This document shows positions 29,223 through 38,835 of a stretch of 51,160 nucleotides of DNA, piece after piece. Where the stretch lies: sequence record NZ_CP115194.1. One strand, given 5' to 3'. The DNA comes from a plasmid. Within the stretch, counting starts at the first letter, position 1. Every line of letters begins with the position of its first letter. Below the pieces are notes generated by a model. It had not been told where the DNA came from, ran no database searches, and worked only from the letters and a program-made list of their open reading frames with translations. The position numbers were made by a program, and so were the translations under genes.

Positions 29223-29654
29223 ATGCCAATTGCCAGAATCGCAACGCTATCCGACTACGTTCCATTCCAGCACGACGGGCGCGCGCTCTATCGTATCCGC
29301 TGGGAAGACGTTTTGTGCCCGGGTAGTCCAACGGACAACCCGGCCGATGGTCTACCCGCCTACAACGCTCACCAGATAGCGGTCGCGGCTGGCAAGCCGA
29401 CGCTGTTCGATGTGTTCGACGACGCAATCGAATGGTGCCTGGCAGGCGAGTCGGTCGATGCGCAACAACTCGCTTCGGACATAGTGAAGCACCACTCACG
29501 CGGCACAGACATTCCCTTGGGTATCGACCAGACCCAAGGGACAACTGTTAGCCGAAATTTTCGTTTTGCGGTCGCCTTCCTCAAGGACCAGATTCGCTCG
29601 CTGCCTCCCAGCAATATCCTGGCCCTAAGAGGAGTAGCTGCGGGTATTAAGTGA
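29223..29654 (+). CDS. hypothetical protein
   Basis: ORF with an internal ATG at 29223, following parB in the same orientation. Confidence 0.4.
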   Translation: MPIARIATLSDYVPFQHDGRALYRIRWEDVLCPGSPTDNPADGLPAYNAHQIAVAAGKPTLFDVFDDAIEWCLAGESVDAQQLASDIVKHHSRGTDIPLGIDQTQGTTVSRNFRFAVAFLKDQIRSLPPSNILALRGVAAGIK

Positions 29655-30262
29655 TGGAAAAGAAGAACGTTCCTGGTAACAAGAAAGCTGCCAACACCGT
29701 CATTACGGTTCACGACAAGTTCGTGGTTGGGATATGGGAAACCTCCTCGCGCAGGATCTCCGGGCGGGTGGTGGTCGATAGCCTATTCTCCGTCGAGTCG
29801 TTCAGCACGACAAAGAAGCCTGAGCATTTGGTCGCCAAAACACTGGCCAAAAAGGTCATTCCAGGCCTGCGGGAAATCATCGAGAGCTACGAGGCCAAGT
29901 TGACCGAAACCCTGAAGACTATCAGGGATGAGGTCAACGAACGCATGGCCGACCCTCTGCTCAAGAGCATCGAGTTCGGCGCGCCTCAAGAGCAGACCTA
30001 TGAATTGGTGGTAGATGGTCGCCACTCCTGGCCCCTGGTCAATCGTTTCGTCCGATCAATCGTCCTCGTCGATGAGATTTCTCAGGCGCTTCGCCAAATG
30101 TACCTGTCCGGCTTCATCGACTACGGCGAATACAAGAAACGTGAGAAGAAGGCGGCCAAACCGATATGGCAATGCATGACCCGACTCGATGAAGTGATAA
30201 AGCACTACCACCAGCAACGTAAGCAGATCGCGGCGATCACTACCGCGGCGAAAGTCGGTTGA
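29651..30262 (+). CDS. hypothetical protein
   Basis: 203 aa. It overlaps the upstream stop by 4 bp. Confidence 0.45.
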   Translation: MMEKKNVPGNKKAANTVITVHDKFVVGIWETSSRRISGRVVVDSLFSVESFSTTKKPEHLVAKTLAKKVIPGLREIIESYEAKLTETLKTIRDEVNERMADPLLKSIEFGAPQEQTYELVVDGRHSWPLVNRFVRSIVLVDEISQALRQMYLSGFIDYGEYKKREKKAAKPIWQCMTRLDEVIKHYHQQRKQIAAITTAAKVG

Positions 30263-30270
30263 GGTGAGCA

Positions 30271-32091
30271 ATGGGCAATCTTCTGATCGTAGAGTCACCG
30301 GCAAAAGCGAAGACCTTCGAGGGCTATCTTGGGCCCGGCTGGGAGGTCAAGGCCTCTTTCGGCCATATTCGGGATCTCCCGGAACATGAAATGGGGGTCG
30401 CAGGTCCTGAATACCGCCCTGACTATGTATTCATAGGGGAGGGCAAGAAAGTATCCGAAGTCCTGAAGAACGCAGCCAGGCGAGCGCTAAGCTCAGGCGG
30501 AGCGGTCTACTTGGGATCCGACGACGATAGGGAAGGGGAGGCGATTGCCTGGCACCTCCAGCAAGTCCTCGGCCTGCAGGATCCCAAGCGCATCACCTTC
30601 GGGGAGATCTCGAAGAAGGAGATTCTTCGCGCGGTCGCAGAACCTCGAAAGATCAATGTGAGATTGGTCGCCGCTCAAGAGGCCCGCAGGATCCTCGACA
30701 GGATCGTTGGCTACTACATCAGCCCGATCGTCCAGGAACTGATGGCAACGTACGACTACTCGGCCGGTCGAGTGCAGAGCGTCGCGGTGTTACTCGTTGT
30801 GGAACGCGAAAATCTCATCCGCGCCCACACTGCGGTTACGCATCACTCGGCACGCTTCGCCTTCCAGGGCGGTTGGTCCGCTGACTGGGCACCTGATGAG
30901 AAATGCACCGACCTGGCCACTGCGGAGCGTATTGCGAACGCTCGGCAGTTTACAGTCCTCGAGCACTCCGTTGGTGAGTCCAGGTCCTCGCCGTTCAAAC
31001 CGTTCATCACATCTACGCTTCAACAGGCGGCCAGTAACGCGCTCAATCTGCGGTCCAAGGCCTGTATGGAGGCGGCGCAGAAGCTGTACGAGGCGGGTCA
31101 CATCACATATATGCGCACCGACAACCCGAACCTCACCGACGATATGCTGGTGGCCGTTCGGGATTATTGTGCCGCTCAGAATCTCCCGCTGTCTGACGAA
31201 CCCAGGACCTGGAAGGCGAAAGCGGACGCTCAGGAGGCACACAAGGGGATCCATCCTACCGACATTACTCGGCTTGAAGCAGGAGAAGACGAGGCCCAGC
31301 GCAAGCTGTATCAACTGATCTGGAAGCGGACGGTCGCCTGTCAGATGGCGGATGCCGTGTTCAAGGTTACCAAGGTCAAGTTGAAGCCCGAGGGATTGGA
31401 TGGGACAGTGGCTGTAGCTGGTGAGCATAGCGAGCTGGTCAGCCCCGGCTACAAGACAATCCTGGCCGAGGATGACGCCGAGGACAAACCAGACGAAGTA
31501 TCGCGCACGACAGGGGCGATTCCGCCGATCGAGACAGGCGCATCCCTTACCGCGACTTCCGGTGAGGTCGTCACGACAAAGACGAAAGCAGCACGCCGTT
31601 TCACCGAGGCCTCGTTGGTGAAGGAGCTGGAGAGCCGCGGGATCGGAAGGCCTTCGTCGTTTGCCGCAATTATGGAAAACATTTCCAAGACCCGGCGCTA
31701 TGTCCAATTGAAGAAGGGGACGAAGTTCCTGGAGCCTACTGACCGTGGCGAGAAACTGGTCCAGGTGCTTCTAAACCGGTTCAGCTTTATGGACGTGGAT
31801 TTCACCAGGGAACTTGAACGCAAGTTGGACGAAATAGCAAAGGGTACTGCGAATTATCGATCAGTTATAGCGGGCTTCGATCAACAGTTGCAGGACGAAA
31901 TTGCGAAGCTGCTTCGAGAGATAGAACCACTTCACCCTTGTCCAAAATGTGGACGCGGACTTCTGCTGATCGAGAAGAAGAAGGAGAAGGGTAAGGAAGC
32001 CAGCGCGTTCTTTGGATGCCGAGGCTTCTTCGATAAGAAGTGTGACGGAATATATCCGGCAAAGGACGGAGCACCAGTAATACAGCAGTGA
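30271..32091 (+). CDS. topA: type IA DNA topoisomerase (plasmid/ICE-type TopA)
   Basis: Toprim N-terminus MGNLLIVESPAKAKTFEGYLG, the DxDxEGE motif (DDDREGEAIAWH), and a C-terminal zinc ribbon CPKCGRG…CRGFFDKKC. Confidence 0.85.
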   Translation: MGNLLIVESPAKAKTFEGYLGPGWEVKASFGHIRDLPEHEMGVAGPEYRPDYVFIGEGKKVSEVLKNAARRALSSGGAVYLGSDDDREGEAIAWHLQQVLGLQDPKRITFGEISKKEILRAVAEPRKINVRLVAAQEARRILDRIVGYYISPIVQELMATYDYSAGRVQSVAVLLVVERENLIRAHTAVTHHSARFAFQGGWSADWAPDEKCTDLATAERIANARQFTVLEHSVGESRSSPFKPFITSTLQQAASNALNLRSKACMEAAQKLYEAGHITYMRTDNPNLTDDMLVAVRDYCAAQNLPLSDEPRTWKAKADAQEAHKGIHPTDITRLEAGEDEAQRKLYQLIWKRTVACQMADAVFKVTKVKLKPEGLDGTVAVAGEHSELVSPGYKTILAEDDAEDKPDEVSRTTGAIPPIETGASLTATSGEVVTTKTKAARRFTEASLVKELESRGIGRPSSFAAIMENISKTRRYVQLKKGTKFLEPTDRGEKLVQVLLNRFSFMDVDFTRELERKLDEIAKGTANYRSVIAGFDQQLQDEIAKLLREIEPLHPCPKCGRGLLLIEKKKEKGKEASAFFGCRGFFDKKCDGIYPAKDGAPVIQQ

Positions 32092-32144
32092 CACTTATAA
32101 CAAGAGAGCCATGCGTTGAATCAAAGACTTTGGTTAATTCGAAA

Positions 32145-32166
32145 AGGGTACTTAGTACCCTTTTTT
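32145..32166 (+). terminator. rho-independent terminator after topA
   Basis: AAAAGGGTACT-TAGTACCCTTTTTT hairpin followed by a T-run. Confidence 0.6.
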
Positions 32167-32220
32167 ATTAGCTACGAGTCGATTTAATAAAATTCGAGCC
32201 TCCTTTCATATAGCGCTCAA

Positions 32221-32495
32221 CACACCAAGGGCTCCGCCCTTGTCATCCCGCTCTTGCCGCCGAGGGCTCGGGAGCGCGGGGCGGAGGAACTGCCCCACAC
32301 TCCCGGCTGAGGCTGTCCAGGGGAGGGGGCTCAAGCGTGCGCTCTGCCCGTGCGTCCGTTCGCCGGAACGGTGCAGCCGTTCCGACGAGCCGGGCGCGCG
32401 GCGCTTGACCCGGAAACGCCGGCGACGTTGGCCACCTGCAGGAGTGATCGAGATCGACGGCTCCACCAGCTGCTCGCCGGCCAGGCCATGCAGGC
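32221..32495. repeat. composite repeat: multi-hairpin element (forward) plus a degenerate 105 bp unit
   Basis: Shares CACCAAGGGCTCYGCCCTTGTCATCCCGCTCTTGCCGCCGAGGGCTCGGGAGCGCGGGGCGGAGG … CGTTCGCCGGAACGGTGCAGCCGTTCCGACGAGCCGG with 35584-35760, and with 21560-21790 in reverse complement. Confidence 0.6.
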
Positions 32496-32665
32496 GATCC
32501 CCCCTAATCAGCGAGAACCAGGTAGCAGTGCGAACCCACTGAAACCACGCTGGAACGCGTGTTCTGTGGACTCGACGCCCATTGACGTCTAATATCTGAC
32601 GCGCCAGTACCAAGGGCACTATGACTGGCTGAAATGCTCATACTTTAAGATCTTGAAGGTGACAT

Positions 32666-33043
32666 ATGAAACCTGTTCTCAAGCAATATACCCTCGACGA
32701 ACCCATGCTTGGTGGAGTCAGCCGTGGGTTGGTCACGTTGGTCAATGATTACGACGCGCTCGTTCCGTTGATCGATGCAGCCCGCTACGTACGAGCACAA
32801 GGTGGACGGGAGACGCCTCTAGAGCCGACTCCCATTTGCCTTACTGGTGATGCGGGTGAAGAATGGGTATCCGTTTTTCATTCCGACGTCCACAATACTC
32901 TTTTCGTCCTGCGCACCCGTGGCGCTACTCATGAGACGAGAATCTTTGCCTATACTTATGGGAAGCAACCGTTTCTCCTCGTAGATGCGGTCCAAATCCT
33001 TAAGTATCACAAGAGCACTTACACATTACACCTCTGGTCTTAA
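32666..33043 (+). CDS. hypothetical protein (low-GC cassette)
   Basis: 125 aa ORF between two repeat elements, followed by a terminator. Confidence 0.45.
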   Translation: MKPVLKQYTLDEPMLGGVSRGLVTLVNDYDALVPLIDAARYVRAQGGRETPLEPTPICLTGDAGEEWVSVFHSDVHNTLFVLRTRGATHETRIFAYTYGKQPFLLVDAVQILKYHKSTYTLHLWS

Positions 33044-33046
33044 TGT

Positions 33047-33090
33047 CGTAAGTGAGGGGAGGTAGCTTTGCTACCTCCTCTTTTTTTTGC
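33047..33090 (+). terminator. rho-independent terminator
   Basis: GAGGGGAGGTAGC-TTTG-CTACCTCCTC hairpin followed by TTTTTTTT. Confidence 0.6.
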
Positions 33091-33258
33091 AAAACCTACT
33101 TTCGCGCAATGCAAAGATGGGTATTCGACTGCACAAATTGCATATATTGTGCAGAGCTTTACTGATCTGGATTTCTGCCCTAGTATTTCAGTCGACAGTA
33201 GCAGGGCGCTATGACTGTCTGAAACGCTCATATCTTAATATCAAGCAGGAATCCGACC

Positions 33259-33540
33259 ATGAGTCAGCACCTTTTCTCTTCGGAAGTTGGGAATAAGAAA
33301 TTCGAAGTTATTATGGGTTGGGATAATCCAACTAAGAGTTTCTTCCTCATTATCTTCGATAAGAAATCTGATGAAGACTATCCGGTCTACACCAACCTGG
33401 ATGAAGTGATGCCCCGAGACCTGGACTACTACGTTGGAAAATGTCGTGATCTGGGAATCGACGTGAAGCCAGAGATCATTGCGGAAATACGGGATGACCA
33501 ACGGTTGAACGTCAGCAATAAAGTGAAGGAGTGGAACTGA
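33259..33540 (+). CDS. hypothetical protein (AT-rich cassette)
   Basis: 93 aa, ~42% GC. Its stop overlaps the next ORF. Confidence 0.4.
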   Translation: MSQHLFSSEVGNKKFEVIMGWDNPTKSFFLIIFDKKSDEDYPVYTNLDEVMPRDLDYYVGKCRDLGIDVKPEIIAEIRDDQRLNVSNKVKEWN

Positions 33541-33815
33541 TGAACACGAAGCACATTGCAGCGTATTCCTTTACCTCCTTCAGCGTTGAGGGAACCTTCG
33601 GCTGCACGTTCTTCGCACCCTCGTTAGAGGAAGTGAAAGAGATGGCACGAGCCCAAGGCTTCCGCAACCTCCAATACTATCCACGGTTCATCATGGATCG
33701 TTCTGCCATGCGTGCACGCTCGAAAGAGCTTGCAGGTCAGGTAGTACCTGAAAGCGTGCTTGGGATGTTATTGCACGATGCTCCATTGAGGACTGACGAT
33801 ATGGTTCCCTTCTAG
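33531..33815 (+). CDS. hypothetical protein (AT-rich cassette)
   Basis: 94 aa, followed by the terminator AGAGGGCGC-TTGC-GCCCTCT plus a T-run at 33826-33864. Confidence 0.4.
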   Translation: MELMNTKHIAAYSFTSFSVEGTFGCTFFAPSLEEVKEMARAQGFRNLQYYPRFIMDRSAMRARSKELAGQVVPESVLGMLLHDAPLRTDDMVPF

Positions 33816-33882
33816 TAACACTAGAGGGAAACCAGAAGAGGGCGCTTGCGCCCTCTTTTTTTATTCCCCTCCCGTCTGGCGG

Positions 33883-34123
33883 GTCCACGGTACCAGGTGC
33901 TCGGCGCCGCCGGCGCCGATGGCCATCCCCTGGACGTGATCGAGGTCGACGGGCTCCACCAGCTGCTCGCCGGCCAGGCCGGACGGATCCACGGCACCAG
34001 GTGCTCGGCGCCGCCGGCGCCGATGGCCACCCCCTGGACGTGATCGAGGTCAACGGGCTCCACCAGCTGCTCGCCGGCCGCGCCGGACGGATCCACGCCA
34101 CCAGGTCCTCGGCGCTGATTACG
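33883..34123. repeat. tandem 105 bp repeat, ~2.3 copies
   Basis: Same unit as at 20105-20495. Confidence 0.7.
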
Positions 34124-34247
34124 GCGTTCCAGATAGGGTATACCTCACTAGGCACGCCCTAGGGCGACGGGAAAATTCTCTCCTCCGTTGAAGTGAACAC
34201 CTAAAATGGCACACACTTTAGCGGACACTCATAATGGAACAGCAACA

Positions 34248-34868
34248 ATGTTCGTTCGAGCATATCTGCGCGCTTCGACCGCAGAACAGGATGCAACCCG
34301 GGCGAGGGCAGAACTGGATTCATTCGCCCTCGAGCACGGTAAGGTCATCGCTGCGGAGTATGTCGACAACGTGAGCGGCGCCAAGGCCGATCGACCGGCG
34401 CTGAAGAGGTTGCTCAAGGACGCAAGGGAGGGCGACGTGCTGCTGGTGGAGAGCATCGATCGCCTGACTCGGTTGCCTGAAGGGGAGTGGAAAACTCTGC
34501 GCGGCGCAATCGACTCCATCGGCCTCCGGATTGTCGCCCTGGACCTGCCCACCAGCCACCTTGGGATGAAGCCAACCCAAGGGGACCAGTTCACCAGCCG
34601 CATGCTTGCTGCGATCAACGAACTGATGGTCGAGATGATGGCGGCTATTGCCCGTAAGGATTACGAACAGCGACGAACTCGCCAGGCACAGGGGATCCGT
34701 AAAGCCAAGGAGGCGGGAGCCTACCGAGGCCGCGGCGTTGACCAGCAGTTGCACAACAGGGTTCGCGAACTCCTATCTGCTGGACTAGGTATTCGAGCCA
34801 CCGCTCGACTGGCACAGTGCTCGCCGACAACGGTCATCAAGATTCGTAACCAGGCAACGACGGAATGA
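34248..34868 (+). CDS. serine recombinase (resolvase/invertase family)
   Basis: Contains YLRASTAEQD with a catalytic Ser, and a C-terminal HTH. Start set at the ATG at 34248. Confidence 0.75.
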   Translation: MFVRAYLRASTAEQDATRARAELDSFALEHGKVIAAEYVDNVSGAKADRPALKRLLKDAREGDVLLVESIDRLTRLPEGEWKTLRGAIDSIGLRIVALDLPTSHLGMKPTQGDQFTSRMLAAINELMVEMMAAIARKDYEQRRTRQAQGIRKAKEAGAYRGRGVDQQLHNRVRELLSAGLGIRATARLAQCSPTTVIKIRNQATTE

Positions 34869-34881
34869 GAGGAAGGCGCGC

Positions 34882-35082
34882 ATGCAGGAAGTCAACCGCG
34901 AAGAACTGCAAGATCTCCGCTACGAACTGAACGATCTGGCCGAGCGGTACATCCGCACATTCGGCAACAGCAAGGACGGGATGGAAGGGCTCGCCGAGGA
35001 CCTGGTGCGGATCGTTGCAGACGAGAAGTATCCAGGCGGCTGGGCAGGGCTGGTGAGCTTCATCATGAAAGCCAGCGGCTGA
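34882..35082 (+). CDS. hypothetical small protein
   Basis: 66 aa. Followed by the bidirectional terminator AAAAAAGGCGCCTAGGCGCCTTTTTT at 35100-35133. Confidence 0.35.
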   Translation: MQEVNREELQDLRYELNDLAERYIRTFGNSKDGMEGLAEDLVRIVADEKYPGGWAGLVSFIMKASG

Positions 35083-35139
35083 GTCCGATCCTACCGACAC
35101 AAAAAAGGCGCCTAGGCGCCTTTTTTGTTTTGAGCGCGC

Positions 35140-35490
35140 TCAGTGACTGACACTGCGCGCTGCGTCCCGTACCAGGGGTAACAGCTTGTCGCGCTGGACC
35201 TGATAGAAGATTTGGGCAACGACACCGAGAACTCCAAGCCCCACGATAATGGGTGCCAGCTGGTCACCATACTGCTTGGTGATTGTTGGCCCAGCCCCCA
35301 AGAACCCCTGCAGGATGAATTCAAGCAGCATCCAACATAGAAGCAGGGTGAAGAGTCCCACTGTGCCAACCTTCGACGCGATATCGAAAAGGCGGTACAG
35401 CACGTAGTTCATGCCCGCCTGTTTTTTGATGGTGGCCAGCATTTCGCGTTCAACGTCGTGGAACAGCGATTTGTTGCGAAAGAAGATCAT
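35140..35490 (-). CDS. hypothetical membrane protein
   Basis: 116 aa with two to three hydrophobic helices. It converges on the shared terminator. Confidence 0.4.
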   Translation of the reverse strand: MIFFRNKSLFHDVEREMLATIKKQAGMNYVLYRLFDIASKVGTVGLFTLLLCWMLLEFILQGFLGAGPTITKQYGDQLAPIIVGLGVLGVVAQIFYQVQRDKLLPLVRDAARSVSH

Positions 35491-35520
35491 CGGCTATCCC
35501 TCCTAAGAAGACCGGCGCCA

Positions 35521-35887
35521 AAGGGCAGAGCCACTTGGGGAATCCTTCCCATCCCTGCCCCTGGCGCGGTTCGGGGATGGTAACACCAAGGGCTCTGCCC
35601 TTGTCATCCCGCTCTTGCCGCCGAGGGCTCGGGAGCGCGGGGCGGAGGAGCTGCCCCACACTCCCCAGCGGAGGCTGTCCAGGGCAGGGGGCTCAAGCGT
35701 GCGCTCTGCCCGTGCGTCCGTTCGCCGGAACGGTGCAGCCGTTCCGACGAGCCGGGCGCGCGGCGCTTGACCCAGAACCGCCGGCGCCGGTGGCCATCCC
35801 CTGGACGTGATCGAGGTCGACGTCTCCACCAGGTGCTCGCCGGCCAGGCCGGACGGATCCACGGCACCAGGTCCTCGACGATCGCGC
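35521..35887. repeat. composite repeat: multi-hairpin element (forward) plus one 105 bp unit
   Basis: See 32221-32495. It ends with GGCCATCCCCTGGACGTGATCGAGGTCGAC. Confidence 0.6.
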
Positions 35888-36035
35888 CTAGCGGTTTGGG
35901 GGAGGGCAAGGAATCGCGTAAGCGACCCCGAAGGGGCAAGGGCTAGTCGAACGAAGTTCGACGTTGGGCTTGTTCCGCGCAGGGCGTGGCTCTCGCGCGG
36001 CCATAGAAAAGGCCCGCGGGTGCGGGCCTGGGGGA

Positions 36036-36293
36036 CTACTCGCCGTTGAAGTAGGCGCCTCGCTCCTGGAACTCGCGGGCGATCAGTTCCTGGGCGAAGA
36101 GTGGGGCGGTCTTCTCGATCCGCTTCACCATCTTCCGCCGGCGAGCTTCAGCTTTGCGCTCAGCACTCCAGCGCTGGACAGCCTTGGAGGGAGGGAAGTC
36201 GATGCAGACGCCGTATCCCTGGCCCTGGTACTCCTTCCATAACTCGCGAATTTTGGTGGGGATAGGCGCTCCGGGCACGGTGTATTTGACCAT
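36036..36293 (-). CDS. hypothetical protein
   Basis: Start set at the internal MVKYTVPG. It is co-directional with, and just downstream of, the ParB-nuclease-like gene. Confidence 0.35.
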   Translation of the reverse strand: MVKYTVPGAPIPTKIRELWKEYQGQGYGVCIDFPPSKAVQRWSAERKAEARRRKMVKRIEKTAPLFAQELIAREFQERGAYFNGE

Positions 36294-36389
36294 CAGCTCT
36301 CGTCGGCCTGGGCAGGGTCTATGCGGCAGGCACCAACGGAGCGAGTAGCGCCACATCAGTGGCGCTCCACGCTTTTTCATGAGACCCCC

Positions 36390-38363
36390 TTACGCCTTCG
36401 GCTCGTGGCTTGCGAGGATCGCCGGCAGCCAGTTCGACCCTTCGGCCAGGCGTCCAGCCTCGGCGGCCAGGTCGATCTTCTTGAGGGTGGAGAGGCGGGC
36501 CACTTCTGCCGGTGCGATGGTCTGCATGGCTTCCAGGGTCAACCCCTTGGGCACCTCACGGAAATAGGCGTCGGCGGTCGGCTTCCACCAGTTGCGCATA
36601 TCCAGTTCAAGGGTTTGGGCCAGGACGTCCGCACCGCTCTGGCCATCGGTGCCCTTGTCGCTCACGACGTCGACGCCGGTGGCAACGCAGAAGGCGAGCA
36701 GGTCGTTGAGGTCAGCCATCGACAGATCGAGGAGGGCGGCGAACAGTTGGCGGGGTTCGCTCGGCAGTCGCTCCCGCCACTGCCCACGCATGTCTTCGAG
36801 TGCCTGGAGGACGGCCGAGTCCTTGAGGTCGGAAGCGTATTCGGTCAGGCCGCCGCGCTGTGAGACGCTGACGCCGACCGGTACGGCGAAGCGCGGGGAG
36901 TGGTCGCTGTGGATGATCTGGATGGCCAGTTTGTGGACCACTGCGACCAGGGCCACTTTCGGGTTTCGGGCCAGTTCGACTTGCAGGGCCGCGGTCTTGT
37001 GAGCGGTCAACTGGCGGCCCATGCGGTCCGGCAGGCGCGCCGTTTGTTCCTTCGGTGCGTCGTCGGTGCTCTGGCCGTCCGTCCCCTGTTTTTCGCCACC
37101 TTCGACGGCAGCCATGTCTTCAGGCTTGACCAGACCACGCCGGACTTCCACGTCTCCGGAGTTCCCAACGCTGATGATGCATCCCGCCGTGGTCATCGCT
37201 TCCGGGTCGTAGGACCTCACCGCTCCGCTCTCCAGGGCGTGGAGACGATCTTCGGCATCCCCTTTCTCCTGCTCCAGGCGTTCGGCAGTGTCGAAATCCT
37301 CTGCCTCGAAGGCGTTTTCGATCTCGGTTTCCAGTTGATCGAGAGCGGCCTTGAGACTGGCACGCTCGGTCTGTTGCTCCGGGGTCAACTCGACGGGCAG
37401 GGGGTGAATCCGTCCGAATTTGTACAGATCAGAGGTGTTGAAGCGGGGCATGACTTCAACCCACCCCCAGCCTTCCGCCCGGATCGGCTCGGCGATAGGC
37501 TCCAATTTCTCGATAGCGAGCTTGTCGAGGAGCGGCAGGTCGGTGATGTAGGAGTCCTCCGCGTTGCCGAACAGGTCGCGGCGTACCGCACCGCCGGCTT
37601 GCTCATAGGCTTCCAGTCCGACGAATCTCGCCAGGGGTTCATGCCGCACCAGGGTTTCTCCCCTGGTCACTGCCCGGCGAAGTTCATAGGGTTGACGCAT
37701 CCACGACTGGACGTCGAAGAAAGCCGCTTCCTGAATTTCGTGGTTGTCGCAGATGGCCAGGGCCTGCAACTGCTCCATGTTCGCCGATCCTTCGCGGTAG
37801 GCCTGGATCAGCCTCGGGGAGAGGTTGGCCAGCTTGAGGCGTTGCTTCACCACCACAGGGGTGACGCCGAAGCTTGCGGCGATATCGGCAACAGGAATGC
37901 CGGCGTTGGACAGTTCCTGGAACGCGATGAACTCGTCGGCCGGGTGCATGGCTTCGCGCTGGACGTTCTCGGACAGGCTCGCAGTAAGCCCGGTGCTCTC
38001 GTCCACGATCTGGCACATGATGAGGGTGTCGGCGCTGAGCTTCTTCTTCTCGACCAGGGCATGCAGCTTCGCCAAGCGGCGACCGCCGGCGGCAACGTCG
38101 TAGAAACCATCCTCGGCCTCGATGACGACGAGGTTCTGCAACAGCCCCTGGGATTGCAGGCTCGCTTCCAGGGCATCCCCGGCCTCGGCACTGGCGGCAG
38201 ATACCCGCACGTTCTTCGCCCACAGACGGAGCTTCTTGAGCGGAATCTCTTTCCACACCCCGCCCGGCAGTTTCGACGCGGCAGCGCTCTTGGCCTTCCC
38301 CCTTGCTTTGCTAGATGCTCCTTGAGCCGGCTTTTGCTGTTGCTTCTGAGTGTTGTTGTTCAT
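36390..38363 (-). CDS. large ParB/Spo0J-nuclease-domain protein (plasmid/ICE type)
   Basis: N-terminal ParB-like core (LVVIEAEDGFYDVAAGGRRLAKLHAL) followed by a ~500 aa extension. The start ATG at 38361-38363 is preceded by the AGGAGAAAACC ribosome-binding site. Confidence 0.6.
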   Translation of the reverse strand: MNNNTQKQQQKPAQGASSKARGKAKSAAASKLPGGVWKEIPLKKLRLWAKNVRVSAASAEAGDALEASLQSQGLLQNLVVIEAEDGFYDVAAGGRRLAKLHALVEKKKLSADTLIMCQIVDESTGLTASLSENVQREAMHPADEFIAFQELSNAGIPVADIAASFGVTPVVVKQRLKLANLSPRLIQAYREGSANMEQLQALAICDNHEIQEAAFFDVQSWMRQPYELRRAVTRGETLVRHEPLARFVGLEAYEQAGGAVRRDLFGNAEDSYITDLPLLDKLAIEKLEPIAEPIRAEGWGWVEVMPRFNTSDLYKFGRIHPLPVELTPEQQTERASLKAALDQLETEIENAFEAEDFDTAERLEQEKGDAEDRLHALESGAVRSYDPEAMTTAGCIISVGNSGDVEVRRGLVKPEDMAAVEGGEKQGTDGQSTDDAPKEQTARLPDRMGRQLTAHKTAALQVELARNPKVALVAVVHKLAIQIIHSDHSPRFAVPVGVSVSQRGGLTEYASDLKDSAVLQALEDMRGQWRERLPSEPRQLFAALLDLSMADLNDLLAFCVATGVDVVSDKGTDGQSGADVLAQTLELDMRNWWKPTADAYFREVPKGLTLEAMQTIAPAEVARLSTLKKIDLAAEAGRLAEGSNWLPAILASHEPKA

Positions 38364-38560
38364 TTCGGTTTTCTCCTGGGATGTTGCTGTGGTGGTTGAA
38401 CTTGCTTCGCTGAGTGACCTTTCGCCGTGAGCCCGGAGTGGGCCTGGCCGTAGAGGTCGGGTGGCAAGGGGAGAAACCGGAAGCCGCATGCGCCGAGCGC
38501 AGCGAGGGGAACGGGTGAGGATTTCTAGCGCAGCGACCCTTGCTGGCCGGCCGGGCCAGG
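38364..38560 (-). promoter_or_regulatory. conserved ~200 nt 5' leader, copy A (shared with the copy at 47535-47735)
   Basis: ~85% identity with 47535-47735. Both copies lie directly upstream of a gene start on the minus strand. Confidence 0.45.
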
Positions 38561-38835
38561 TCAACGTTTAGGGCGTGCGAAAGGGCATCCAGGGAAGCGC
38601 CGAAGTTCGGCCGCGACGCTCACCGGAGGGGCTGGAAAGGGACAACGCGGGCGCAAGCCCGGGCGCGCGGAGCGCGCAGCGACTGCCAGGCGGAGCCTGG
38701 TGGGAGCGGAAGCGAGAGCCGACCGCAGGGAGGGAAGGATGGAAGCCCGAAGGGGCGAGACGCCGCCGGCGGCTCGATGCGTAGCACGACAGCCCGGGCC
38801 GCAGGCCTCGCAAGGAACTGCTGCGTTGTGTGAAG

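Noticed and set aside
20105-35887. Integron-like attC sites with the 34248-34868 recombinase as integrase
   Set aside because: The recombinase is a serine resolvase/invertase, not an IntI tyrosine recombinase. The repeats lack the attC R-box/L-box architecture, and the cassettes carry their own terminators. It is kept only as a loose hypothesis in the findings.
36900-38399. 499 aa plus-strand ORF antisense to the ParB-nuclease-like gene. The same applies to 6546-7406, 4141-4878 and 5204-5611, which are antisense to real genes.
   Set aside because: These are typical high-GC antisense shadow ORFs. The sense-strand genes have clear motifs (ParBc, VirB10-like, resolvase, TnpA), while the antisense products are Arg/Gly/Leu-rich with no motifs.
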